DNA of 64,000 nucleotides, taken from positions 122,168 to 186,167 of the forward strand of contig JAQBRH010000004.1 in NCBI GenBank assembly GCA_028286565.1. The letters are read 5' to 3'. Position 1 is the first letter of the stretch. Each line of letters opens with the position of its first letter. Below are positions 54,411 to 62,868 of the stretch, piece by piece. This DNA comes from Parcubacteria group bacterium (GTDB lineage: Bacteria; Patescibacteriota; Minisyncoccia; Phycocordibacterales; Zambryskibacteraceae). The translations under genes and the position numbers were made by a program. Under the pieces are notes generated by a model. That model was not told where the DNA came from and did no database searches. It saw only the letters and a list, made by a program, of their open reading frames with translations.

Positions 54411-54667
54411 GTTTTTATTTATTTTTGTCCTTTAAGGAGTATACTTCTATCCAGACGCAAAGCAGTGAATGTGGTTCCATCTGAACAACGCGAACTGCGG
54501 CATGGCACCTTGGGGTTAGTCGACGAACCCCTGAAAGAAGTGTTTGGTTTAAGAAGTGGGCCAACGCGAGGACGACATATCGACACCTTTATTTATGCGA
54601 TATAGTCTGTACATCGCTCCCCTCTTTTGCTGAGACTTCCTTTCCCTGGTCAGCCAGCAGCTGACAA

Positions 54668-54700
54668 CCCCGCCCCGCAGTTCGCCATGCGTGGCGGTTT
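54668..54700 (+). terminator. Hairpin cgcca-tgcg-tggcg followed by TTTTTTATTT in a non-coding region
   Basis: Terminator-like structure with no credible upstream CDS; it could mark the 3' end of an ncRNA. Confidence 0.4.
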
Positions 54701-54826
54701 TTTATTTGCCCAGAGCGGGAGATCAGGAGGATTGTCCTTCACCCGTCCCTTATACATAAGTGCTAAACTTAATAGGTGTCTTGAAAGCCCTTGGTTGAGC
54801 GGTGACTATACAACAGTTCTCGAATA

Positions 54827-54835
54827 TGTGGATAA
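54827..54835. promoter_or_regulatory. Second perfect DnaA box (TGTGGATAA, the reverse complement of TTATCCACA)
   Basis: Exact consensus, 425 bp from the first box, in the same 590-bp non-coding region. Confidence 0.5.
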
Positions 54836-54951
54836 CTATGGGGAAACTGTGTATTACGGACAGTTTTATAAAGTCATATGGCCTTAAGTCCCTTATTTTA
54901 AGCCATATTTTGGAAATAGATTTCACGTGAAACTATACACATAGGTTACAC

Positions 54952-55383
54952 ATGGAACAAGATAGAAGAACAGCCAAGCGTAAGCTTGGGGATATAGGAG
55001 AGTCTATAGCCTGTGATTATCTCACGAAGCATGGCTTTGCAGTCCTCGAAAGGAACTACCTGCGCAAATGGGGAGAGATCGATATCGTGGCCAAGAAGGG
55101 CAAGATCCTGCGCTTTATAGAGGTAAAGAGTGTTTCGTGTGTAACATTGCCTCCAATCGTTCCACATGTAACCTTGGGCCGTAGCCAGGCGGGCGAGGCG
55201 GATGGGTATAGGCCGGAAGACAATGTTCATCCTCAAAAGCTCCGCAGGCTGGCTCGGACCATACAGACATATCTCTTAGAGAAGAGGCTGGACGGGGATT
55301 GGCAATTGGACATCGTCACGGTCAAAATAAGCGAAAAGGACCGGATGGCCCGGGTAGAGATGATCGAGAATATTATTATCTAG
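54952..55383 (+). CDS. yraN: YraN/UPF0102 family endonuclease-like protein
   Basis: GEIDIVAKKGKILRFIEVKS matches the UPF0102 signature (GEIDLI...FVEVK); carries a ~30-aa insertion. Confidence 0.8.
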   Translation: MEQDRRTAKRKLGDIGESIACDYLTKHGFAVLERNYLRKWGEIDIVAKKGKILRFIEVKSVSCVTLPPIVPHVTLGRSQAGEADGYRPEDNVHPQKLRRLARTIQTYLLEKRLDGDWQLDIVTVKISEKDRMARVEMIENIII

Positions 55384-55401
55384 GTTTCTTGTGTAACAGC
55401 G

Positions 55402-55860
55402 TCAACCTTGAATATATAAATACCAACGAGTATTTTTCTTCCCATTTATATAAAAGTCATACCACTGCCTCATGAATTTGGCCTTGGTCATGCGTCGGAA
55501 ACCTCCAAGCTCCGGATCCATCATCCAGAGAGTCCTGCCTGTCATCTTGTATACAACCGAATAATGGCCGTCTGCAGGCGCCCCATAGTCAGACCACCAA
55601 TTGACGAGCACCGGGGTGTCCGAATCCACGAGAGTTTTCAATTCATTCCAAGTGCCCTTGTCCTTTGTTTTGACCTTAAATCCGAGCTTTTTGAGGCCTT
55701 TGGCAAGAGCTTCGGGCTCCGTCCCATTCTCAGTCGTGGTACCACAAAGACGGCCAAGTTCCGGCTCGGTCATATTTTTGCCATAGTATTGGACCAAAGA
55801 CACAAGGCTCGCCGGCCCACAGAAGCTCGCGCTTTGGCGGATAGGTTTGAGGCTGATCAT
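55402..55860 (-). CDS. Peptidase C39-like cysteine protease domain protein (standalone)
   Basis: QSASFCGPASLVSLVQYYG resembles the C39 catalytic Q...CGxAxL..YYG block, and a downstream His (..ADGHYSVVY..) is consistent with the Cys/His dyad. Start placed at MISLKP to avoid overlap with the tRNA. Confidence 0.65.
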   Translation of the reverse strand: MISLKPIRQSASFCGPASLVSLVQYYGKNMTEPELGRLCGTTTENGTEPEALAKGLKKLGFKVKTKDKGTWNELKTLVDSDTPVLVNWWSDYGAPADGHYSVVYKMTGRTLWMMDPELGGFRRMTKAKFMRQWYDFYINGKKNTRWYLYIQG

Positions 55861-55872
55861 AGAGTATCGAAT

Positions 55873-55946
55873 GGTGCGGGATGGGGGAATCGAACTCCCG
55901 ACCACAGTTTGGAAAACTGTTGTTTTACCACTAAACTAATCCCGCA
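55873..55946 (-). tRNA. tRNA-Gly (anticodon UCC), CCA encoded
   Basis: Manual fold: acceptor gcgggat/atcccgc, anticodon stem acagt/actgt with loop tttccaa, T-loop ttcgatt, 3' ACCA. Confidence 0.8.
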
Positions 55947-55986
55947 GTTGTCCTAATCTAGCAAACTTAGGACTTTCTATCAATTT

Positions 55987-56060
55987 TGGTCGGGGCGCTG
56001 GGAATCGAACCCAGACCACATGCTCCCAAAGCAAGTATACTACCACTATACTACGCCCCG
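55987..56060 (-). tRNA. tRNA-Pro (anticodon UGG), CCA encoded
   Basis: Manual fold: C1-G72 acceptor cggggcg/cgccccg, A73, anticodon loop tttggga (G37), T-arm ctggg-ttcgatt-cccag. There is one U-U mismatch in the anticodon stem. Confidence 0.7.
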
Positions 56061-56071
56061 ATTATTCACTG

Positions 56072-56144
56072 GGTCGGGCTGCTGGGAATCGAACCCAGGT
56101 CTCACGAACCCGAATCGTGAATACTACCGCTGTACTACAGCCCG
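56072..56144 (-). tRNA. tRNA-Pro (anticodon CGG), CCA not encoded
   Basis: Manual fold: acceptor cgggctg/cagcccg with C1-G72 and A73, anticodon stem cacga/tcgtg with loop ttcgggt, T-arm ctggg-ttcgatt-cccag. The 3' end reads ACCC. Confidence 0.7.
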
Positions 56145-56186
56145 CAATACAGTATCCTACCATCCGACCTTAGAGAAAGCTATACT

Positions 56187-57239
56187 ATGTCCGTGAGATC
56201 AACCGTCTTATTCCTGGTCGGCATTCTCCTTATCGGGGGATCTATTTTTTACTTTCTAAAGCAGCCGGCTCCGGACCGCCGAGCTTCGGCTTATGCATAT
56301 GATTCGAGCGTATGCAACACCGACTCGGACAAAAGCGCCTGCCTCAGCACCTTCTATGCCCACCTCGTCGACGCGTACGGAGCAAAGACGGCGATCGAGG
56401 ACTTGAAAACGCGAGGCGGGGAAGATCAGAGCGTGATGGGCCGATGCCACCCCTACATGCACACCATAGGGGAGAGCGCTTCGGAAAAATACAAAACCGT
56501 TTCTGAGGCCTATCTCTATGGAGATCCGTTCTGCTGGAGCGGGTATTACCACGGCGTCCTCGAAGGCGTGACGGCGAAGATCGGGGAAGAAAAGCTCCTG
56601 GCGAGCTTGAATTCGATCTGTGCGGACATCCCGGGCAAAGGAACCTACAGCTTCAACTACTACAACTGCGTGCACGGCCTCGGCCACGGGATCATGGAGC
56701 TCAAGGGAGACGAGCTCTTTGATTCGTTGAAGACCTGCGACAGCCTCATCGGAGATTGGGAACAGCAGTCCTGCCAGAGCGGGGTCTTCATGGAAAATGT
56801 CATTTTGTATACGAACTACGGCAAATCCGCCTACCTGAAGCCCGAAGAACCCCTCTATCCGTGCACGGCGGTCGAGGACAAATATAAATATCAATGCTAC
56901 CTCGGGCAAACCTCGTTCGCCTTGGAAGCGTCTCAGTATGATTTCAAGAAGGTGGCCGATCTCTGCACGACGGTTAAAGGACAATATAGAGATATATGTT
57001 TCCAAAGCCTCGGGCGAGATGCGGCGAATCAGGCAGGCCATGGATCTCCTAAGACAAGAACGACCTGCGACCTTGCTTCCATCCATACGGACAGAATGAA
57101 TTGTTATGTAGGAGCAGTGAAGGAATTTATCTCATATTACCACTCGATAACGGAAGCCAATGGCTTTTGCGGAGCGCTTGATGAAGCGGATAAAACCTCA
57201 TGCGTGCAGACGGGGGAAGAGTACTACAAAGCCTTCTGA
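56187..57239 (+). CDS. Membrane-anchored Cys-rich secreted protein (350 aa, ~20 Cys) of unknown function
   Basis: N-terminal TM (VLFLVGILLIGGSIFYF), then a domain with many spaced Cys and a GLGHG motif; no family recognised. Confidence 0.55.
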   Translation: MSVRSTVLFLVGILLIGGSIFYFLKQPAPDRRASAYAYDSSVCNTDSDKSACLSTFYAHLVDAYGAKTAIEDLKTRGGEDQSVMGRCHPYMHTIGESASEKYKTVSEAYLYGDPFCWSGYYHGVLEGVTAKIGEEKLLASLNSICADIPGKGTYSFNYYNCVHGLGHGIMELKGDELFDSLKTCDSLIGDWEQQSCQSGVFMENVILYTNYGKSAYLKPEEPLYPCTAVEDKYKYQCYLGQTSFALEASQYDFKKVADLCTTVKGQYRDICFQSLGRDAANQAGHGSPKTRTTCDLASIHTDRMNCYVGAVKEFISYYHSITEANGFCGALDEADKTSCVQTGEEYYKAF

Positions 57240-57281
57240 CCCTCGATTTTTTAGCCTAAATACGCTATTATCTCTTTTCGA

Positions 57282-57352
57282 GCGGCTATGGTTTAGTGGT
57301 AGAACACGTCCTTGCCAAGGACGGGATTCGGGTTCGATTCCCGGTAGCCGCA
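57282..57352 (+). tRNA. tRNA-Gly (anticodon GCC), CCA not encoded
   Basis: Manual fold: acceptor gcggcta/tagccgc, anticodon stem cgtcc/ggacg with loop ttgccaa, T-loop ttcgatt. Confidence 0.8.
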
Positions 57353-57364
57353 CACGGAAATATT

Positions 57365-57439
57365 GCCTCCGTAGCTTAATGGATAAAGTACTTGTCTTCG
57401 GAACAAGTGATGTGGGTTCGATTCCTGCCGGAGGCACCA
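57365..57439 (+). tRNA. tRNA-Arg (anticodon UCG), CCA encoded
   Basis: Manual fold: acceptor gcctccg/cggaggc, anticodon stem cttgt/acaag with loop cttcgga (G37), T-loop ttcgatt, 3' ACCA. Confidence 0.8.
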
Positions 57440-57467
57440 AAAGTTTTCAGGGCGTATACTAATTTCA

Positions 57468-58931
57468 ATGGTTACACTAAAGATCCCCAAAGAGATACAC
57501 GCTGTTTCAACTATTCTCAAAAAAAATAATTTTGAGGCTTTTGTCGTGGGAGGATCCGTTCGCGATCTCTTGATCGGACGAACTCCGACGGACTGGGACC
57601 TCACGACGTCCGCTACTCCGGAGAAAATAGTGGAGCTTTTTCCCCACACCTTTTATGAGAACGATTACGGCACCGTCGGAGTAGTAAACGACGAGACCGA
57701 AGATGAAACTCTTAAAACCGTAGAAGTAACTCCGTACCGGATCGAATCCGGCTATTCTGATTTCCGCCGCCCGGACAAAGTTGAATGGGGAAAGACGGTG
57801 GATGTTGACCTCGCGCGCCGAGACTTCACCATGAATGCGATCGCCTACGATGTGGATACAAAGACGCTTGTGGATCCATTTCACGGAGAAGAGGACATCC
57901 GGAAGAAGCTTATCCGCACAGTAGGGAAGCCGGATGAACGTTTCAGCGAAGACGCTCTCCGCATGCTGAGAGCCATCCGCCTCTCGGCCACGCTCGGCTT
58001 CGCCATCGAGCACGACACTCAGAAAGCGATCGAAGATAACAAGCAGCTGCTCGCCCATATTTCCAAAGAACGCATCAGAGATGAGTTCATAAAGATCATT
58101 TTGTCCGAAGCTCCGGCTCAAGCGCTCGACCTCGCCGCACGACTCGGCGTGCTCAAATATATCTCTCCGGAACTTTTGAAGGGCATCGGCGTCGAACAGA
58201 ACCGAGCGCACGCGTACACCGTCTGGGAACATCTTCTGCGTTCGCTCCAGCACGCCGCAGATAAAAAATATCCGCTTCATGTTCGGGTCTCCGCTCTTCT
58301 TCATGACATAGCCAAGCCCCACACCAGAAAATGGTTGAATGATCAGTGGACCTTTTACGGACACGAAGTGGTCGGAGCAAAGATCGCGAAGAGCTTACTG
58401 AACGATCTGAAATTTCCAAAAGAGATCGTGGACAAGGTGCACAAACTCGTTCGCTGGCATATGTTCTTCTCGGATACCGAAGAGATCTCGCTCTCGGCTG
58501 TTCGTCGCATGGTGCGAAACGTCACTCCGGAGCTCATTTGGGACCTCATGGATGTTCGTGCGGCGGACAGGATAGGCACTGGCAGGCCAAAGGAAGCTCC
58601 GTACCGCCTCAGGAAGTACCACGCGATGATCGAAGAGGTCATGCGCGATCCGATCAGCGTAAAGCAGCTCAAGGTGAACGGGGGAGATATCATGAAGATA
58701 ACGAGCGCTCCGGCGGGACCGCATATCGGTTTCATCTTGGAAATTTTGCTCTCAGAAGTGCTTGAAGATCCAAAGTTGAATACAAAAGAATATTTGGAGG
58801 ACAAGGTCCGGGAGTTACACGCACTTTCTCCGGAGGAACTTTCACAGCTCGGAAGGGAAGCGCGAATGAGGAATGAGCTCGAGGATGAGAAGGAGGTAGA
58901 GAAGATCAAAGGCAAACACGGGGTGAAGTAG
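57468..58931 (+). CDS. cca: tRNA nucleotidyltransferase (CCA-adding enzyme) with a C-terminal HD domain
   Basis: Pol-beta nucleotidyltransferase head (GGSVRDLLIGRTPTDWDLTT), tRNA-NT body and an HD motif (LLHDIAKP); 487 aa. Confidence 0.85.
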   Translation: MVTLKIPKEIHAVSTILKKNNFEAFVVGGSVRDLLIGRTPTDWDLTTSATPEKIVELFPHTFYENDYGTVGVVNDETEDETLKTVEVTPYRIESGYSDFRRPDKVEWGKTVDVDLARRDFTMNAIAYDVDTKTLVDPFHGEEDIRKKLIRTVGKPDERFSEDALRMLRAIRLSATLGFAIEHDTQKAIEDNKQLLAHISKERIRDEFIKIILSEAPAQALDLAARLGVLKYISPELLKGIGVEQNRAHAYTVWEHLLRSLQHAADKKYPLHVRVSALLHDIAKPHTRKWLNDQWTFYGHEVVGAKIAKSLLNDLKFPKEIVDKVHKLVRWHMFFSDTEEISLSAVRRMVRNVTPELIWDLMDVRAADRIGTGRPKEAPYRLRKYHAMIEEVMRDPISVKQLKVNGGDIMKITSAPAGPHIGFILEILLSEVLEDPKLNTKEYLEDKVRELHALSPEELSQLGREARMRNELEDEKEVEKIKGKHGVK

Positions 58932-58990
58932 TTGACACTCATAATAAAATAGGTTATTATCCAAATAGATCACTCTTCCCTCGAGGCTCC

Positions 58991-59362
58991 ATGAAGAAAG
59001 TTCTTCTGATCGAAGACAACGAAATGTTCGTCAAAGCTTTCAAAGCTCTGACCAAGCACAAAGCGCCGGAGATCATCCTCCTCACCGCAGAATCAATCTG
59101 GGATGGACGCGCGCTCATGGACACCCACAAAGATTGGGATCTGGTGATCCTCGACGGGTCGATCAATGCTCCGCTCGACGGACTTGAGCTGATCGAAGAA
59201 CTGCGTACCTGGAACTATGAAGGACCCATCCTCACTATCGCCGGGACAGGAACCGACCGTCAGAAAATGCTCGAGTTCGGAGCTACTGACGAAGCCGACA
59301 AAACTCTCGGTCCATCTAAAGTGATCGAGAAGGCGCTGGAGATACTCGCACGAGCCACATGA
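58991..59362 (+). CDS. Single-domain response-regulator receiver (CheY-like) protein
   Basis: MKKVLLIEDNEMF...DLVILDGSI...GPILTIAG matches a REC-domain layout of 123 aa with no output domain. No histidine kinase is present in the window. Confidence 0.7.
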   Translation: MKKVLLIEDNEMFVKAFKALTKHKAPEIILLTAESIWDGRALMDTHKDWDLVILDGSINAPLDGLELIEELRTWNYEGPILTIAGTGTDRQKMLEFGATDEADKTLGPSKVIEKALEILARAT

Positions 59363-59374
59363 ACATTGCTGAAT

Positions 59375-59400
59375 GCCGCAACACACCGCGGCGTTTTTTA
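59375..59400 (+). terminator. Terminator gccgc-aacacac-gcggc plus T6 after the receiver gene
   Basis: GC stem followed by ttttttatttat. Confidence 0.65.
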
Positions 59401-59411
59401 TTTATACACAA

Positions 59412-59438
59412 ACAAAAAATCCTCTTTGCGGGAGGATC
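59412..59438 (-). terminator. Terminator atcctc-tttgcg-gaggat plus T-run after hup (minus)
   Basis: Minus-strand read caaaagatcctcccgcaaagaggattttttgttt. Confidence 0.65.
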
Positions 59439-59461
59439 TTTTGCAATGATCTGTAAAAAGA

Positions 59462-59734
59462 TTATTTGACTGCGTCTTTCAGGGCCTTTGCGGGGCGGAA
59501 CTTGGGAACGCGCATTGCGGGAACCGAGATCGATTCGCCGGTACGAGGATTTCGCGCCATGCGAGCCGCTCGAGTCTTCGTCGAGAAGATGCCGAGGCCA
59601 GCGATCGATACTTCGCCTCCTTTTTTCAAAGAAGAAACGATCGAATCGATGATAGTGTCGACGACTTCTTCCGCTTGTACCTTCGTACCGCCGAGCTTGC
59701 CGTGAACTGCTTCCACGATTAATGCTTTATTCAT
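59462..59734 (-). CDS. hup: HU-family nucleoid DNA-binding protein
   Basis: 90 aa with the HU arm GLGIFSTKTRAARMARNPRTGESISVPAMRVPKFRPAKALKD. Confidence 0.93.
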   Translation of the reverse strand: MNKALIVEAVHGKLGGTKVQAEEVVDTIIDSIVSSLKKGGEVSIAGLGIFSTKTRAARMARNPRTGESISVPAMRVPKFRPAKALKDAVK

Positions 59735-59857
59735 TTTGCTTGCTTAAACCGCTGATAAACGTTTGATCAGGATTTGGAATCCTATAAAAATTATATAGGA
59801 AGCCATTTTTTAAGCAACAACCTTGAAAATCTGGAACTTTATTGTATAAAAATCAGT

Positions 59858-61387
59858 TTATCTGGCGAACTCGATGGCGCGCTGTTCGCGGATGACATTC
59901 ACCTTGATCTCGCCCGGATATTTAAGATCGCGCTCGATCTTTAAAGCTATATCCCTGGCCATTTTCTGAGCTTCAAGGTCGGTCACTTTCTCCGGAGTGA
60001 CGAAGACTCGGATCTCTCGGCCCGCCTGAAGGGCATAGGCCTTTTCGACTCCGGGGAAGGCAAGAGCGATGCCTTCAAGGTCGCCAAGGCGCTTCAAATA
60101 GTGCTCAACTGTGTCCCGGCGGGCGCCCGGGCGGCCTCCGGAGATAGCATCCGCGGTCTGGACGATGATCGACTCGATAGTTTCGTACGGATATTCTCCG
60201 TGGTGAGCTTGCATGGCTTTGATCACATCCTCGGATACATTAAATTTCTGCAGGATCCTGCGTCCGATCTCCACGTGCGTGCCTGAAACTTCATGATCGA
60301 GAGCTTTGCCTATGTCGTGGAGAAGGGCGCCGGCCTTGGCCACCGCGACGTTCGCTCCGAGTTCTTCGGCGATCATGCCCGCGAGGTGGGCCATCTCGAC
60401 CGAGTGGTTAAGCACATTTTGTCCATATGACGTTCGGAAGAAGAGGCGCCCGAGGATAGCAAGGAGTTTTGGATCAAGGTTATAGACTCCGCACTCAAAG
60501 GCCGCGGCTTCGCCTTTCTCTTTGATCATCTTATTTATTTCAGCGCGAGCGTTCTCGACGAATTCTTCGATCTTCGCCGGCTGAATGCGCCCATCGACGA
60601 GAAGATTCTCGAGAGCGAGCTTCGCGACCGCCCGGCGCACGGGGTCGAACGAAGAGAGGGTGATGGATCCGGGAGTGTCATCAACGATCACTTCGACTCC
60701 CGTCGCTCGTTCGAAAGCTTTGATGTTGCGGCCTTCCTTACCGATGATCTTGCCCTTGAGCTCGTCCGAAGGAAGGGGGACAGAGGTGGCCATCACTTCG
60801 CCTGTGACAGAAGAAGCGAGGCGCTGGATCACGGTAGATAATATTTCTCGAGCTCGATCGGACAAGCGCTCTTCGGCCTGGCTTTCGAGCTTTTGCATGC
60901 GGACCAAGAGATCCTCCTCTGCGTTCCTCTCCGCGAGGGCCAGAAGCTCTTCTTTTGCCTCTTCGACCGAAAGACCCGCCACCTTGGCGAGTTCTTGGTT
61001 GCGGAGCTGGATCAGCTCGTCGGCCCGTTCGCGAATGGCGCGGATCTCCGAGGCTTTCTCTTTTATATATTCGGCTTCTTTATCAATATCGACCTGGCGC
61101 TTGTCCAAGAACTCCTCCTTTTTGACCAAGCGGTCCTCGGTCTTCTTGGTTCTCTCTTCGCGCTCGCCGATGACGGTCTCTGATTTATCCAAAAGCTCGC
61201 TCGCCTTTGCCTCTGCCTCGTCAATGACCGCTTCGGCCTCTTCTCGGGCCCGAAGTTCCATCTGTTTGATGTCGAGCTCCATCGAACCCTTGCGGCCGAG
61301 GGAGATGATGAGGCGCAGCAAATAGCCGAACCCTGTACCGGCGGCGGCGGCGAGCAATGCTAATAAAAAAGCTAACTTAAGCGACAT
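59858..61387 (-). CDS. rny: Ribonuclease Y
   Basis: N-terminal TM, coiled coil, KH domain (GKIIGKEGRNIKAFERATGVEVIVDD) and HD domain (LLHDIGKALDHEVSGTHVEIG). Confidence 0.93.
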   Translation of the reverse strand: MSLKLAFLLALLAAAAGTGFGYLLRLIISLGRKGSMELDIKQMELRAREEAEAVIDEAEAKASELLDKSETVIGEREERTKKTEDRLVKKEEFLDKRQVDIDKEAEYIKEKASEIRAIRERADELIQLRNQELAKVAGLSVEEAKEELLALAERNAEEDLLVRMQKLESQAEERLSDRAREILSTVIQRLASSVTGEVMATSVPLPSDELKGKIIGKEGRNIKAFERATGVEVIVDDTPGSITLSSFDPVRRAVAKLALENLLVDGRIQPAKIEEFVENARAEINKMIKEKGEAAAFECGVYNLDPKLLAILGRLFFRTSYGQNVLNHSVEMAHLAGMIAEELGANVAVAKAGALLHDIGKALDHEVSGTHVEIGRRILQKFNVSEDVIKAMQAHHGEYPYETIESIIVQTADAISGGRPGARRDTVEHYLKRLGDLEGIALAFPGVEKAYALQAGREIRVFVTPEKVTDLEAQKMARDIALKIERDLKYPGEIKVNVIREQRAIEFAR

Positions 61388-61538
61388 TTGCGGAATGGAT
61401 CCGCTTTCGAGTCTCTATATGGTGGGGTTGGAAAGGAAGGCGAGGCGGTCAGACGGACGTGGAGGGAAGGACAGAGGGTACCGAAAGCGAACAGTTTCAA
61501 TTAATCGTGTAGAGGGGAACAATTAGAGAGTACCCTAC

Positions 61539-62114
61539 CTAGAGAACTTTGTCTATGATGCCGTACTTTTTGGCGTCATCCGCTCCCATAAAAAAGTCTC
61601 GGTCAACATCCTTCTCGACTTTTGATACTGGCTGCCCTGTAGCCGAGGCCATCATTTTAATCAGACTGTTCTTGGTTTTAAGGAGCCATTCGGCGCGAAT
61701 AACGATGTCGGAGGCCTGCCCCTCGGCTCCTCCAAGGGGCTGGTGGATCATCACTTCAGAATTAGGGAGAGCAAATCTTTTGCCCTTAGCCCCGGCTGCT
61801 AACAGCCAAGCTCCTCCGGAAGCTGCCATGCCTACACACAAAGTCGAAACATCCGGTTTTATGTGGTTCATAGTATCGATCATCGCCAAGGTGGCAGTTA
61901 CCGAACCGCCGGGAGAATTGATATACAGAGAGATGTCTTTCTTCGCATCTTCTGACTGGAGAAAGAGAAGCTGGGCAATGACGATGTTGGCCGAATCATC
62001 GTCGATAGGACCGGTGAGAAATATGATCCGCTCCTTGAGGAGACGTGAATATATATCATAGGCGCGTTCGCCGAGAGGGGACTTCTCTATAACTGTGGGT
62101 ACGAGGTAACTCAT
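61539..62114 (-). CDS. clpP: ATP-dependent Clp protease proteolytic subunit
   Basis: Catalytic triad context [11 protein letters not shown] (Ser), MIHQPLGG (His) and downstream Asp. Start taken at [11 protein letters not shown] because the track ORF adds an implausible S/K-rich 44-aa N-terminus. Confidence 0.95.
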   Translation of the reverse strand: MSYLVPTVIEKSPLGERAYDIYSRLLKERIIFLTGPIDDDSANIVIAQLLFLQSEDAKKDISLYINSPGGSVTATLAMIDTMNHIKPDVSTLCVGMAASGGAWLLAAGAKGKRFALPNSEVMIHQPLGGAEGQASDIVIRAEWLLKTKNSLIKMMASATGQPVSKVEKDVDRDFFMGADDAKKYGIIDKVL

Positions 62115-62151
62115 GCCGACACTATATATAAAAGGAGGAAGAGAATCAACT

Positions 62152-62420
62152 TTAGTGGCCGAGCTTGAGGGCGCCGATCTCTTTTTCGATCTGGGCGAGC
62201 TCTTCTTCGAGGGCGGGGAGCTTGCTCTCATGCAGGACCTCATCATGATCCGTACCGTTGTTGAGCTCGAGGGAAACGCGATGAGCTTCGGCTTCGACCT
62301 CTTCGTTCAATTTCCGTGCCTTATCTGCGAGAGTGTCCATTTCTCCTTGTCGCAGGGGATCATGAGCGGCCGGAGTGTTTTCAAGATAAAACTTCGAATA
62401 CGATTCTGTTTGTTTTTCCA
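62152..62420 (-). CDS. Small coiled-coil hypothetical protein (~86-89 aa)
   Basis: ORF preceded by a terminator (62441-62470) and a TATATA box abutting the ATGs (leaderless pattern). Heptad-like C-terminus ([17 protein letters not shown]). Confidence 0.4.
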
Positions 62421-62473
62421 TACTAGGCATTATATAGATAAAAATAAAAAAAGCCCGTACACGCGTACGGAGC

Positions 62474-62773
62474 TCATTTGACGACAAATCCGCTTATGTG
62501 CTCGGCCATGGCGCGCAGAACGAGGGGATCGAGAACCTCGGCCGACTGACCCGAGATCTGCAGCTCGAGAAGCCGGTTGTTCAGGGCCCGATTGTAGTCG
62601 GTGTACCTCACCAACAGAGCGTTGCGAGAGATGGTTCTGCTTTGTAGATAAGCGTCGAGGTGCATTAGGTGATCTCTACACGCTTCATCCCCCAGCAAGT
62701 CTCTCACCAGGGCAAGGTTTTTTGAGTCTATCACCCCGAGCCCGTCGACTTTCTCATGACTAACGGCAGACAT
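62474..62773 (-). CDS. Hypothetical protein (99 aa)
   Basis: ORF followed on the minus strand by the hairpin gctccgtac-gcgt-gtacgggc plus a T-run; no motifs. Confidence 0.4.
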   Translation of the reverse strand: MSAVSHEKVDGLGVIDSKNLALVRDLLGDEACRDHLMHLDAYLQSRTISRNALLVRYTDYNRALNNRLLELQISGQSAEVLDPLVLRAMAEHISGFVVK

Positions 62774-62868
62774 GCACGCCTCCGAAGGTTCAGCTCTTTA
62801 GAAACTATGCTCCGGCTTCTAGTCTAAAGCAAGCAAAGAAAAAGCCCCGCGCAAAGCGGAGCAGGATA

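Noticed and set aside
54620-54665. Possible SRP RNA domain IV (GGAAGG / AGCAG-like motifs) in the DnaA-box intergenic region
   Set aside because: Hand alignment to the 4.5S helix-8 consensus (GGUCAGGUCCGGAAGGAAGCAGCC) does not hold. There is only a generic hairpin GUCAGC-CAGCA-GCUGAC, so the region is kept only as a generic ncRNA candidate.
55947-55986. GAAAGUCC motif (reverse strand) reminiscent of the RNase P RNA P4 region
   Set aside because: It is only a 7-bp spacer hairpin (gtcctaa...ttaggac) between two tRNA genes, with no flanking RNase P conserved regions.
57198-57649. Minus-strand ORFs of 80 and 118 aa overlapping the tRNA-Gly(GCC) and tRNA-Arg genes
   Set aside because: They lie antisense to two well-folded tRNAs and to the start of cca, so they are artefacts of the six-frame translation.
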